A DNA stretch of 64,000 nucleotides, from the NCBI GenBank assembly GCA_964603545.1, contig CAZRVD010000002.1, positions 46,854 through 110,853 of the forward strand, in the 5' to 3' direction. The translations under genes and the position numbers were made by a program. This document shows positions 27,204 to 35,987 of this stretch, piece by piece. This DNA comes from an uncultured Candidatus Saccharibacteria bacterium. GTDB taxonomy: Bacteria > Patescibacteriota > Minisyncoccia > Phycocordibacterales > DATDWN01. Below the pieces are notes generated by a model, which made no database searches, had not been told where the DNA came from, and saw only the letters and a program-made list of their open reading frames with translations. Every line of letters starts with the position of its first letter. The stretch's first letter is position 1.

Positions 27204-28469
27204 ATGAAAAAATTCTTCATAGTAATAATCTTAGTTATTGGTTTTTCAATTTTTGCCCCACAGGCTTCAGCTGCCACCTTAATTCTATCTCCCTCTTCGG
27301 GAAATGTTACTGCTGGTCAGACTATTACTGTCGATATAATGCTTGATACTAAAAATGCAGATATTGATGGTGTTGATGTTTATTCTCTACACTACAATCC
27401 AGCTATTTTAGAGGTAGTAGACAGTAGTTCATCTGCTTCTGGAATACAAATAACCCCAGGAAGTTTGTTCCCTATCACCTTAACTAACAAAGTTACAAGT
27501 GGTGTGGTTCAATTTTCTCAAGTAACAAGTGGAGGAACCTCCTACAAGGGTGCTGGCAAACTAGCTACTATTACATTTAAAGGATTATCAAACGGAACTT
27601 CTGCGGTCACTTTTGATTTTACACCAGGAAGCACTTCAGATACTAACGTAGCGGGAGGAGGTAAGGATGAATTAACAAGTGTGGGTAGTGGTAGTTATAC
27701 GGTAACCGGCGGAGGTGTTACCCCGCCCCCACCACCACCAGTTGATACTACAGCACCAGTTATATCTGCAATTAGTTCTTCGGGGATTAAATCAAGTAGT
27801 GTAAATATTGTGTGGACAACAGATGAATCTTCTGACACGGTAGTTGAGTATGGTCTCACTACATCATATGGATCTCTGAGTACAAACTCTTCTCTACTAA
27901 CTCTTCACTCAAGGTCATTAGTTAATCTAAAATCAAACACTCTTTACCACTTCCGAGTAAAATCAAAAGATGCTGCAGGAAACCTGGCTGTCTCTACTGA
28001 TAAAACATTCACTACTCTGGCTGGTTCCTCCACTCCTCCTCCACCACCAACTCCTACCCCGACACCTACACCTGGTCCAGGTCCAGCTCCTAGACCAACA
28101 CCTACACCGTCTCCAACATCTAGTGGTACTGGCCCTAGACTCTCTTCAATATACGCCTTAGAGATTTCTGATAGTTCCGCAATAATTTCATGGAAAACAG
28201 ACAGGCCATCTGATTCCAAAGTGGAATACGGCAAAACAGATAGCTATGAATCAAGTACGGAAGTTAATTCATCTTTTGTCACTTCACACTCATTTAATTT
28301 ATCAAACCTTTCATCGGGCACAACATACCACTACCGTGTAAGATCAATTGATGAATCAGGTAATTTAACTTTTTCTGGCGACAGAACTTTTACAACAATT
28401 AATGTTATTGAAAATGACATGAACTTCTTTGAAAGAATTTGGGATTGGTTTATCTCTCTATTTGTTTAG
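27204..28469 (+). CDS. Secreted protein with cohesin, two FN3-like domains, Pro/Thr linkers and amphipathic tail
   Basis: Cohesin motifs; WTTDE..VEYG..YHFRVKS twice; FFERIWDWFISLF. Confidence 0.82.
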   Translation: MKKFFIVIILVIGFSIFAPQASAATLILSPSSGNVTAGQTITVDIMLDTKNADIDGVDVYSLHYNPAILEVVDSSSSASGIQITPGSLFPITLTNKVTSGVVQFSQVTSGGTSYKGAGKLATITFKGLSNGTSAVTFDFTPGSTSDTNVAGGGKDELTSVGSGSYTVTGGGVTPPPPPPVDTTAPVISAISSSGIKSSSVNIVWTTDESSDTVVEYGLTTSYGSLSTNSSLLTLHSRSLVNLKSNTLYHFRVKSKDAAGNLAVSTDKTFTTLAGSSTPPPPPTPTPTPTPGPGPAPRPTPTPSPTSSGTGPRLSSIYALEISDSSAIISWKTDRPSDSKVEYGKTDSYESSTEVNSSFVTSHSFNLSNLSSGTTYHYRVRSIDESGNLTFSGDRTFTTINVIENDMNFFERIWDWFISLFV

Positions 28470-28470
28470 C

Positions 28471-28773
28471 CTACTGCTTTATACCTTCTGCTGAAATCTG
28501 GATTATCACATCAAAGCTGTCAGAAGTGACAGCTTTGTTCGTTTTAGAAAAGCCACATCTAATACATTTGTGAGTAATTATATATTCACTTCCCTTTTTG
28601 CTAACTCCTACTGGCTCCATCATACCCTCGCATTTCTCTGCCCTATCTCCAGGAAAAATATCCAAGTGTTTTGACCACAGACAATGTGGGCAATGATTTG
28701 TGTATCCATTCCCCTTCACTACTGTCCCACATTTCTCACAAACAAAATTTTCCTTATTTTTTATGAAAGTCAT
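28471..28773 (-). CDS. RNHCP-domain protein
   Basis: FVCEKCG, YTNHCPHCLWSKHLD..PGDRA..C. Confidence 0.9.
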   Translation of the reverse strand: MTFIKNKENFVCEKCGTVVKGNGYTNHCPHCLWSKHLDIFPGDRAEKCEGMMEPVGVSKKGSEYIITHKCIRCGFSKTNKAVTSDSFDVIIQISAEGIKQ

Positions 28774-29364
28774 TTATTTTTTAACAACTTCATCAAAATT
28801 AATTGTCCAATATTCCTCAGTATTTATTCCATAAATTTTCAAAAGCTGATTTGCTGAACAAATTTTTCTATCCTTTTCCTCTAAACTAAGTTCTCTCGCA
28901 ACATCATCTATATCTTTCCAGCTCTCAGCTTCTATTTCTAGATAAGTAGGTACCATGGCAATTGTATCTATATCAAACTCAATACTTCCTTTTTTCCACT
29001 TACTTCTTTTTTTCTGCGCCTCTCCGTGTTTTTCTATAAAACCAATCTTTTTAAGAAAAAGTTTTGTCTCTTCATATGAGTCAACCCTAATTTCTATCTC
29101 TTCCATCCCCTCATCATTTGTACTACCATCTTGTGAAGTTACCCCTAAACGCTTCTTAAAAGCTAGAACGATTTTATCCCCCTCATCGCGCAATCTTATC
29201 CAGCTATTGTCTTTATCCAATCGATAATCCGGATAATCAAAAGCAACATGACGAAGAAATACATCCCCCATTTTCTGTGCGCCAATATCCAAAAGTTTTT
29301 GTTCTAATTTTTCTTTATCTATATTCAAATATTTAACTTCAATTTCTTCTTTTGAATTAGTCAT
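28774..29364 (-). CDS. CYTH-domain protein (class IV adenylate cyclase-like)
   Basis: EIEVK, WIRLR, YLEIE. Confidence 0.88.
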   Translation of the reverse strand: MTNSKEEIEVKYLNIDKEKLEQKLLDIGAQKMGDVFLRHVAFDYPDYRLDKDNSWIRLRDEGDKIVLAFKKRLGVTSQDGSTNDEGMEEIEIRVDSYEETKLFLKKIGFIEKHGEAQKKRSKWKKGSIEFDIDTIAMVPTYLEIEAESWKDIDDVARELSLEEKDRKICSANQLLKIYGINTEEYWTINFDEVVKK

Positions 29365-29915
29365 TAAAATTCATTAATTAGCTCTGGCAAACTTATAAAA
29401 CCATCATCTTCCGTAATGTGCCCAGCATTATGCAATACTACAATTTTTGAACCAATTTCCAAAAACTTATTTTTATTTTCTTCAAAAAACCCGTATGGAT
29501 CGTTATCAGAAATTATTAAGGTAGATTTAGGAAGAACTCTTTTAACCTTTTCTAAATCTATCGGAGTTTTTATCCAAGGTTTAGCGATTTCTCTTATCTC
29601 TTCGTCCTCAAGATTATTCAGGTTAAACCATCCTGAAACAAAAACTGCCCCACCCACTATACTATTTGTCTTTTCTAAATACCTCAAAATTGCTTGGCAC
29701 CCGATACTGTGTCCAACAAAATATGTTTGAGAGTCAGATAAACCAACCACTTCTATAAGTTTATTTACCCATTTATCAATATTCGGCACCTCTGTGTCAG
29801 GCATTTCCGGTACAATTACTTGATACCCCCTCTTTTCGAGCTCTACTTTTAACCATGGTCGCCAATCATCATTTGAACCGCCAGACCATCTGTGAATAAC
29901 AAATACCCGTTTCAT
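29364..29915 (-). CDS. RBBP9/YdeN-type alpha/beta hydrolase
   Basis: GHSIG, SDNDP, AGH. Confidence 0.9.
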   Translation of the reverse strand: MKRVFVIHRWSGGSNDDWRPWLKVELEKRGYQVIVPEMPDTEVPNIDKWVNKLIEVVGLSDSQTYFVGHSIGCQAILRYLEKTNSIVGGAVFVSGWFNLNNLEDEEIREIAKPWIKTPIDLEKVKRVLPKSTLIISDNDPYGFFEENKNKFLEIGSKIVVLHNAGHITEDDGFISLPELINEF

Positions 29916-29918
29916 TTG

Positions 29919-29991
29919 TCGGGGTGCCGGGATTCGAACCCGGAGTCGCTTGTTCCCAAAACAAGAATGTTAGCCGTTACACTACACCCCG
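29919..29991 (-). tRNA. tRNA-Pro(TGG)
   Basis: Acceptor CGGGGTG/CACCCCG, CTTGT-TTTGGGA-ACAAG, GGTTCGAATCC. Confidence 0.95.
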
Positions 29992-30049
29992 AAAATACAT
30001 AAATACAAAATGAAGTCTAACACAAAAATACTAATTCACAAATAAATGG

Positions 30050-30610
30050 CTATAGGACAAGGTCTTCAAGTAAAAAGACCTGCGATGATTGTGTGTTTGG
30101 ATCAAGATGAACAGTTACAACATCAAACTGCCAATCAACATTATCTGGGACATTTCTGTCTAGTAAATATGACTGCACTGCCCTACTTAGCCTCTGTAGT
30201 TTCCAAGGATGCATATTATCCTCTGGACGGTAATCGTCCTGGTGGCGCATTTCTTTGTTGGAATAAGAAATGTTCTCGTCATCGTAATTTTTTACGTCTC
30301 CTCGCCTATTCCTTATTCCGCCTCGAACTGCATCCATCAGGCCGTTTACCCAGCCCTTATTGGTTTCACGAGTAACATTACTTAAGTCTCTTGAAACACT
30401 TTTAACCTCTACAAAGTGAAGCTTATTCCCTTTCTTCACAACAATATCTATCTCTCCCCATTTCTTTAGGTAATTACGTTCAATTACTTTATAGCCAAGT
30501 CCTGTTAAGTACTTACAAGCATCATCCTCCCCTATCTGGCCAATTTTCTGTTTATCCGTAGGCTCTTTTGAGAAATTCTTGTTATACATATCTAAAATAT
30601 ACTCCGACAT
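30050..30610 (-). CDS. yraN: YraN family nuclease with internal insertion; start may be 30589
   Basis: GQIGED, IERNY, GEIDIV, FVEVK, FDVV. Confidence 0.88.
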   Translation of the reverse strand: MSEYILDMYNKNFSKEPTDKQKIGQIGEDDACKYLTGLGYKVIERNYLKKWGEIDIVVKKGNKLHFVEVKSVSRDLSNVTRETNKGWVNGLMDAVRGGIRNRRGDVKNYDDENISYSNKEMRHQDDYRPEDNMHPWKLQRLSRAVQSYLLDRNVPDNVDWQFDVVTVHLDPNTQSSQVFLLEDLVL

Positions 30611-30971
30611 TTTAAAAAGTAAATCACAGTTACATCTGTAATGGCAATTTGTCTTGGAAATGTTACATATGTAACACGCTGTCTTATTGTAGGTAGTTAC
30701 ACATGTAACTATCTATATCATTTCACGTGAAACATATTATATAAATGATCAAAAACAGACACCTAATGGCCATGTCTGATTAAAAATAACCATACTTTAA
30801 GCCATATATTACCAATGGACATAATAAAGTCCCTAAACTTGACCAAAGTCAAAGACTTGTCTTTAATACACATGTCCCCAGACTTATCCACATTTTAACC
30901 ATAATTATGTCTGATAAATTTTACCCTTTTATTTTTTATGGCTTTGTTATATGATGATATTTGTTAAGTTA

Positions 30972-31042
30972 GCGGGTATGGTTTAATGGTAGAACACGTC
31001 CTTGCCAAGGACGAGATCCGGGTTCGATTCCCGGTACCCGCA
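30972..31042 (+). tRNA. tRNA-Gly(GCC)
   Basis: Acceptor GCGGGTA/TACCCGC, CGTCC-TTGCCAA-GGACG. Confidence 0.95.
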
Positions 31043-31070
31043 CAAATTTTAACGCAGTGAAATCACTTTG

Positions 31071-31142
31071 TGCTCCCGGCAGGAATCGAACCCACATCCA
31101 CGGTTCCGAAGACCGGTACTCTATCCGTTGAGCTACGGGAGC
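31071..31142 (-). tRNA. tRNA-Arg(TCG)
   Basis: Acceptor GCTCCCG/CGGGAGC, loop CTTCGGA, GGTTCGATTCC. Confidence 0.92.
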
Positions 31143-31217
31143 AAACTAACAAACTCATAATACAGATAAAAATTGGTTGTGTCCATGTTAAACATTGAAT
31201 GATATAATAAAACCAAC

Positions 31218-32681
31218 ATGAATTTATCTATTCCAAGTGAGGTTTCATATGTAACAAACAAACTCGAAGAGGGAGGCTTTGAGGCTTTTTTGGTTGGTGG
31301 GTGTGTAAGGGATCTAGTACTAAACAAGACTCCAAAAGACTGGGATGTCACGACAAATGCCACCCCAGACCAGATTATAGCCTTATTTACCAAGACATTT
31401 TATGAAAATGAGTTTGGAACAGTAGGAGTAGTAAACGAGGAGACAGAAGATGAAAGTTTAAAGGTAATAGAGGTAACCCCATATAGACTAGAGGGGAACT
31501 ACTCTGACAACAGGCACCCAGATAGCGTTACTTTTAGCCAAAAAATAGAGGACGATTTGAAAAGAAGAGACTTCACAATGAACTCACTGGCATATTCTGT
31601 ATCTAAAAAAGAAATAATTGACCTTTACGGTGGAGAAAAAGATATAAAGGACAAAATTATTAGAACAGTCGGGGAACCAGCAGATCGTTTCAAGGAAGAC
31701 GGACTTAGAATACTAAGAGCTGTGCGTCTTAGCACAGAATTAGAGTTTGAAATAGAGCGTAAAACTGAAAAAGCTATACTTGAAAACCAAAACCTGCTCC
31801 AAAACATATCAAAGGAGAGAATAAGAGATGAGTTTACAAAGATAATTATGTCAAATAAACCGATGGATGGACTTTTGGCTATGAAAAAGCTTGGACTTTT
31901 AGTCTCTGTAGTACCTGAATTAGAGGAAACTATTGGAATAGAGCAAGGGGGAATACACACCTTTGATGTATGGGAACACTTGCTTCGCTCACTACAGCAT
32001 TCCTCAGACAAAAAATACCCTTTAGAAATAAGGCTTTCTGCGCTTTTTCATGATATTTCCAAACCAGAGTCTCGAAGAGGAGGAAAGAATAAACAATGGA
32101 CTTTTTACGGTCATGAAGTGCTTGGAGCAAGAAAAACTAAAAGAATTCTTACAAACTTAAAATACTCAACGAAAATTATTGAAAAAGTTGTTTCAATGAT
32201 CAGATGGCATATGTTTTTTTCTGACACAGAGCAAATTAGCCTCTCAGCGGTCCGTAGAATGATCGTAAATGTTGGACGAGAGAATATATGGGATCTCATG
32301 AATCTACGCATATGCGACCGTATAGGAACTGGTAGACCTAAAGAAGACCCTTACCGTCTCCGAAAATATCACGCAATGATAGAAGAAGCACTTCGAGACC
32401 CTATTTCTGTTGGAATGCTTAAGATTGATGGTAAAAAAATAATGGAAATTACAAAAATAACTCCTGGACCTAAGGTTGGTTTCACGTTACACGCACTTTT
32501 AGAAGAAGTTTTGGATGATCCTACAAAAAATACGGAAGAATACCTTGAAAACAGAGCAAAAGAGCTTATTTTGCTTCCTGAAAATGAATTAAAAGCCTTA
32601 GGGGAAGAAGGAAAAATGTCAAAAGAGGAAGCAGATGAGATGGAAATAAAGAAAATCCGCTCTACTCACCGCGTCAAATAA
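31218..32681 (+). CDS. cca: CCA tRNA nucleotidyltransferase with HD domain
   Basis: VGGCVRD, DWD, DLKRRDFTMN, EDGLRILR, HDISK. Confidence 0.93.
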   Translation: MNLSIPSEVSYVTNKLEEGGFEAFLVGGCVRDLVLNKTPKDWDVTTNATPDQIIALFTKTFYENEFGTVGVVNEETEDESLKVIEVTPYRLEGNYSDNRHPDSVTFSQKIEDDLKRRDFTMNSLAYSVSKKEIIDLYGGEKDIKDKIIRTVGEPADRFKEDGLRILRAVRLSTELEFEIERKTEKAILENQNLLQNISKERIRDEFTKIIMSNKPMDGLLAMKKLGLLVSVVPELEETIGIEQGGIHTFDVWEHLLRSLQHSSDKKYPLEIRLSALFHDISKPESRRGGKNKQWTFYGHEVLGARKTKRILTNLKYSTKIIEKVVSMIRWHMFFSDTEQISLSAVRRMIVNVGRENIWDLMNLRICDRIGTGRPKEDPYRLRKYHAMIEEALRDPISVGMLKIDGKKIMEITKITPGPKVGFTLHALLEEVLDDPTKNTEEYLENRAKELILLPENELKALGEEGKMSKEEADEMEIKKIRSTHRVK

Positions 32682-32700
32682 AAATTCCAAATTTTAATAT

Positions 32701-32980
32701 AAAAAACCGCCCAATGATCAAGGTCCATGGGGGAGTGTCATGGGCACTAATCATTGAGCGGTTTGGAGAGAAGACCCACACAGCATCCGTGAAGCTAGAT
32801 GTTGTAACTGAACTCCAAAAATATAAGTAGATAGCGAGGGTTCGTTTACACCTATTTCTTGATAAGAAACCAAGTGGTCTTCTGAGGGGAGTCGGCCGAC
32901 TCCCAAAATGGGTCGCACGACGAAGAACAAATTGCAAATGTCGTGTTCAGGGTTTATTGGACACTCTAATTGCGGTTCCT
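32701..32980 (-). ncRNA. Candidate structured ncRNA N3
   Basis: TTTACA-N17-TACACT (33014-32986), multiple stems, long terminal hairpin with U-tract 32764-32701. Confidence 0.5.
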
Positions 32981-33061
32981 TAATTAGTGTATGTCCTTTA
33001 TAAGATACTGTAAAGGACATAAGCCAGAAAATTGTGGATAACTTAGATTAAGTTTCGATTT

Positions 33062-33856
33062 CTAGAGGGTAATATCAATAGAAATAGGGCAGTGGTCGGA
33101 GCCAAGGACATCGGGATGAATGCGTGCTTGTTTTACTTTTTCTTTTAGTTTTTTACTTACAAAAATGTAATCGATTCTCCAACCAATATTTCTTTCTCTG
33201 GCATTTGCAAAATGACTCCACCAAGTGTAAAAACCGTTTCCTTTTGAAAAAAGTCTGAATGTATCGATGAAACCTACGTCAATAAAATTTTGTATACCCT
33301 CACGTTCTTCCGAAGTAAAACCTTTTTTACCAACATTTTCTTTTGGTCTAGCTAGATCGTCTTCCGTGTGTGCAACATTTAAATCTCCACAGAAAATAAC
33401 TGGTTTTTTCTTCTCAAGTTTTTGAGCATACTCAAGAAATGCCTTATCCCAACCCTTGTGTCGTAGGGGAATACGAGAAAGGTCATCTTTCGCATTAGGA
33501 GTATAAACAGTTATCAGATAGAAAACTGAAAACTCAGCAACAATTACTCTTCCTTCTGTATTTGGATCACCATATTTATCTTCAAGTTTGTATTTTTTTA
33601 AAATATCTTCTGGAAAATCTAGTTGAACTGATATGGGTTTTTCTTTGGTAAAAATAGCAGTACCGCTATAACCCTTCTTCTTTGCCGAGTTCCAATACTC
33701 TTCATAGTCTGGTAAATCTACCTCGCTTTGGTGCTGTTCTGCCTTTGTTTCCTGTAAACACAAAATATCCGGCTTGTATTTTTCTATAAAAGGCACAAGC
33801 AGTCCCTTTTTATGCACTGCTCGTATACCGTTTACATTCCAAGAGATTATTTTCAT
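33062..33856 (-). CDS. xth: Exodeoxyribonuclease III
   Basis: SWNVNG, LQETK, GDLNVAH, WRIDY, SDHCP. Confidence 0.96.
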   Translation of the reverse strand: MKIISWNVNGIRAVHKKGLLVPFIEKYKPDILCLQETKAEQHQSEVDLPDYEEYWNSAKKKGYSGTAIFTKEKPISVQLDFPEDILKKYKLEDKYGDPNTEGRVIVAEFSVFYLITVYTPNAKDDLSRIPLRHKGWDKAFLEYAQKLEKKKPVIFCGDLNVAHTEDDLARPKENVGKKGFTSEEREGIQNFIDVGFIDTFRLFSKGNGFYTWWSHFANARERNIGWRIDYIFVSKKLKEKVKQARIHPDVLGSDHCPISIDITL

Positions 33857-33878
33857 ACTGAATTATATTAACATTCCA

Positions 33879-34820
33879 CTATCTATTATGAAACTTTTTA
33901 TGAATATCCCTCAGATGTTTATCTGTTACGTGTGTGTATATTTGAGTAGTAATGATACTTGAATGACCTAAAAGAGCTTGCACGGAACGAAGATCTGCAC
34001 CGTTGGAGAGTAGATCGGTAGCAAAAAGGTGTCGCATTGTATGAGGAGTAACTTTTTTGGAAATACCCGCTTTTGTAGCGTGTTTTTTAATTATTCTTTC
34101 AATTGACCTGTTTGTTAGAGGTTTAGCCTCTTTTGTTGCGATTTTCCCATCATTTGATTTTTTATTTTTAGATTCTTTGGCTATTTGAACAAAAAGAGCA
34201 TCGCTCATATCCTTACGAGCCGAAAGGTAAGCCCTGACACTTTTTTTTGCTTCATCTGAAATAAAAACCACGCGAACTTTACCTCCTTTTCCTCGAATAG
34301 AAAGTTCATCTGTACTTAAATCTATGTCTGAAGTTAGAGAACAAAGTTCAGAAACACGCAGTCCTGTAGAAAATAGGAGTTCTAGTACAGCCTTATCTCT
34401 CAAGTCTCTTAAGTCATTGCCATCTGGAGACTGTAACAGACGAGTTAGTTCTGCATGGGTAATAAGGTCAAGAGAACGCTCTCCGACTTTGGCCAATTCT
34501 ATACGTTCTGCTGATAAAGACTTTATTTCTTGCCTTGCTAGATATTTTAAAAATGCCCTTAGAGCAATTAGATAATAATTTTGGGTCTTTTTTGAAAGTG
34601 TTTCGGTTTTTATTTTACTCTGGCCAGTTAGTTGCCTGTTAAGCCACAAACGAAACTCACGAACTGAGTCTCCGGTAATTTTAGCGGGGTCGTCATTTTT
34701 GGAATAATCTAAAAATCGAGTCAAATAATGGTCATAATTCTCAACTGTTTTCAGGGATCGACCTCTTTCTATCTCAATATATTCCAGAAACTGCTGTTTT
34801 AGTTGTTTTAGGGAAGCCAT
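33879..34820 (-). CDS. XerC/XerD-like tyrosine recombinase
   Basis: TGLRVSE, GKGGK, HTMRH, LGH, TQIY. Confidence 0.93.
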   Translation of the reverse strand: MASLKQLKQQFLEYIEIERGRSLKTVENYDHYLTRFLDYSKNDDPAKITGDSVREFRLWLNRQLTGQSKIKTETLSKKTQNYYLIALRAFLKYLARQEIKSLSAERIELAKVGERSLDLITHAELTRLLQSPDGNDLRDLRDKAVLELLFSTGLRVSELCSLTSDIDLSTDELSIRGKGGKVRVVFISDEAKKSVRAYLSARKDMSDALFVQIAKESKNKKSNDGKIATKEAKPLTNRSIERIIKKHATKAGISKKVTPHTMRHLFATDLLSNGADLRSVQALLGHSSIITTQIYTHVTDKHLRDIHKKFHNR

Positions 34821-34910
34821 TTAAACAAAATTATAACATAGTATGTCGCACAATATCGAACACTGGAACCCCTTGCAAATGGCTGTCTTTTGTGATATCC
34901 TGTTGGGACA

Positions 34911-35180
34911 ATGCTTACAAAGACAAAGAAATCAAAAATCGTCAAAGAGGTACAAGTACACGCAACTGACACTGGTTCTCCAGAGGTTCAGATCGCTATT
35001 TTGACTAAAAGGATTGACGAATTAGCAAGCCACCTTAAGAAAAATGCAAAAGATAATCACTCTCGAAGAGGATTACTACAAATGGTTGCAAGTCGAAAGA
35101 CTCACATGAAGTATCTAGAGAAAAAGAATCCAAAGAGATTCAACGCCCTAAACAAGAAACTAGGTTTGAAGAGCAAGTAA
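34911..35180 (+). CDS. rpsO: 30S ribosomal protein S15
   Basis: DTGSPEVQIA, KDNHSRRGL. Confidence 0.98.
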   Translation: MLTKTKKSKIVKEVQVHATDTGSPEVQIAILTKRIDELASHLKKNAKDNHSRRGLLQMVASRKTHMKYLEKKNPKRFNALNKKLGLKSK

Positions 35181-35293
35181 AATAAACCCATCTGCGTTGT
35201 TGTGTTTCAATTTTGCTCGTTCACCGTACTAGATGTACGACTCACTCACAAAATCTCACACGCCTAGCACCTGGGCTTATTTTCCTCACTCTT
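35169..35293. repeat. ERIC-like palindrome, divergent copy D overlapping rpsO stop
   Basis: AAGAG...CTCTT ends; CTGCGTTG, CTCGTTCA, CGTAC-TAGAT-GTACG and GCCT shared with copy B in reverse orientation. Confidence 0.65.
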
Positions 35294-35395
35294 AGAAACT
35301 TATCTCCTTCAATTTTTGGTTTTGAATATACTAGTAAGCATTGTGATACAATTAAGGAAGGTCGAATTTTAATAATTTAGAAATAATTTTTACAT

Positions 35396-35950
35396 ATGTC
35401 AGTTATAAAACACAAAGATCAACGAGTTGGTATTTTTATCGATACACAGAACCTATACCATTCAGCAAAAAACATTTACAACACTAGAGTAAACTTTGAC
35501 CAGGTGGTTAAAGACGGTCTAGCGGGAAGACAACTTATTCGTGCGGTAGCTTATGTTATCACTACAGAAGCAGGGGATGAGAAAAACTTTTTCGAAGCTC
35601 TGGGAAAAATGGGGATTGAAACAAAAACAAAAAACCTTCAGATTTTTTCTGGAGGAGCTAAAAAGGCAGACTGGGATGTCGGGCTTGCGGTAGATGCCAT
35701 AAAACTTGCCCCAAAACTAGATGCAATAATTTTAGTCACGGGAGATGGAGATTTCGTACCACTAGTAGAATACCTTCAAGTAAACGAAGGTTGCCAAGTA
35801 GAAGTAATGTCCTTTGGTAAATCTTCCTCAAGTAGACTAATAGAAGTCTGTGATGATTTTATTGATCTCGATCTACACCCAGAAAAATATCTCCTAGGTT
35901 TCGGTGGGGGCAAAAGAAATCGCAGAGTACCAAGAACCATTCCGAAATAG
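35396..35950 (+). CDS. NYN-domain (LabA/DUF88) protein
   Basis: FIDTQN, KADWDV..AVD, GDGDF. Confidence 0.92.
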   Translation: MSVIKHKDQRVGIFIDTQNLYHSAKNIYNTRVNFDQVVKDGLAGRQLIRAVAYVITTEAGDEKNFFEALGKMGIETKTKNLQIFSGGAKKADWDVGLAVDAIKLAPKLDAIILVTGDGDFVPLVEYLQVNEGCQVEVMSFGKSSSSRLIEVCDDFIDLDLHPEKYLLGFGGGKRNRRVPRTIPK

Positions 35951-35987
35951 TTTTTAAATCAAGGGGATTTTGTTACAATGTGTAAGA

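Larger units (their letters stand above)
30362..31256. promoter_or_regulatory. Cluster of parS-like 16-bp palindromes
   Basis: Sites at 30362, 30628, 30661, 30695, 30719 and 31241 resemble TGTTTCACGTGAAACA. Confidence 0.7.

Noticed and set aside
30839-30852. TTGAC-N4-GTCAA palindrome as an FNR/CRP-type site
   Set aside because: Single instance and no cognate regulator visible
33879-34820. Tyrosine recombinase as a prophage or island integrase
   Set aside because: Xer-like size and motifs, flanked by core genes, no att repeats or cargo
35181-35395. pnp remnant after rpsO
   Set aside because: No ORF fragment; the space is explained by the palindrome and a promoter; pnp absence cannot be judged from one window
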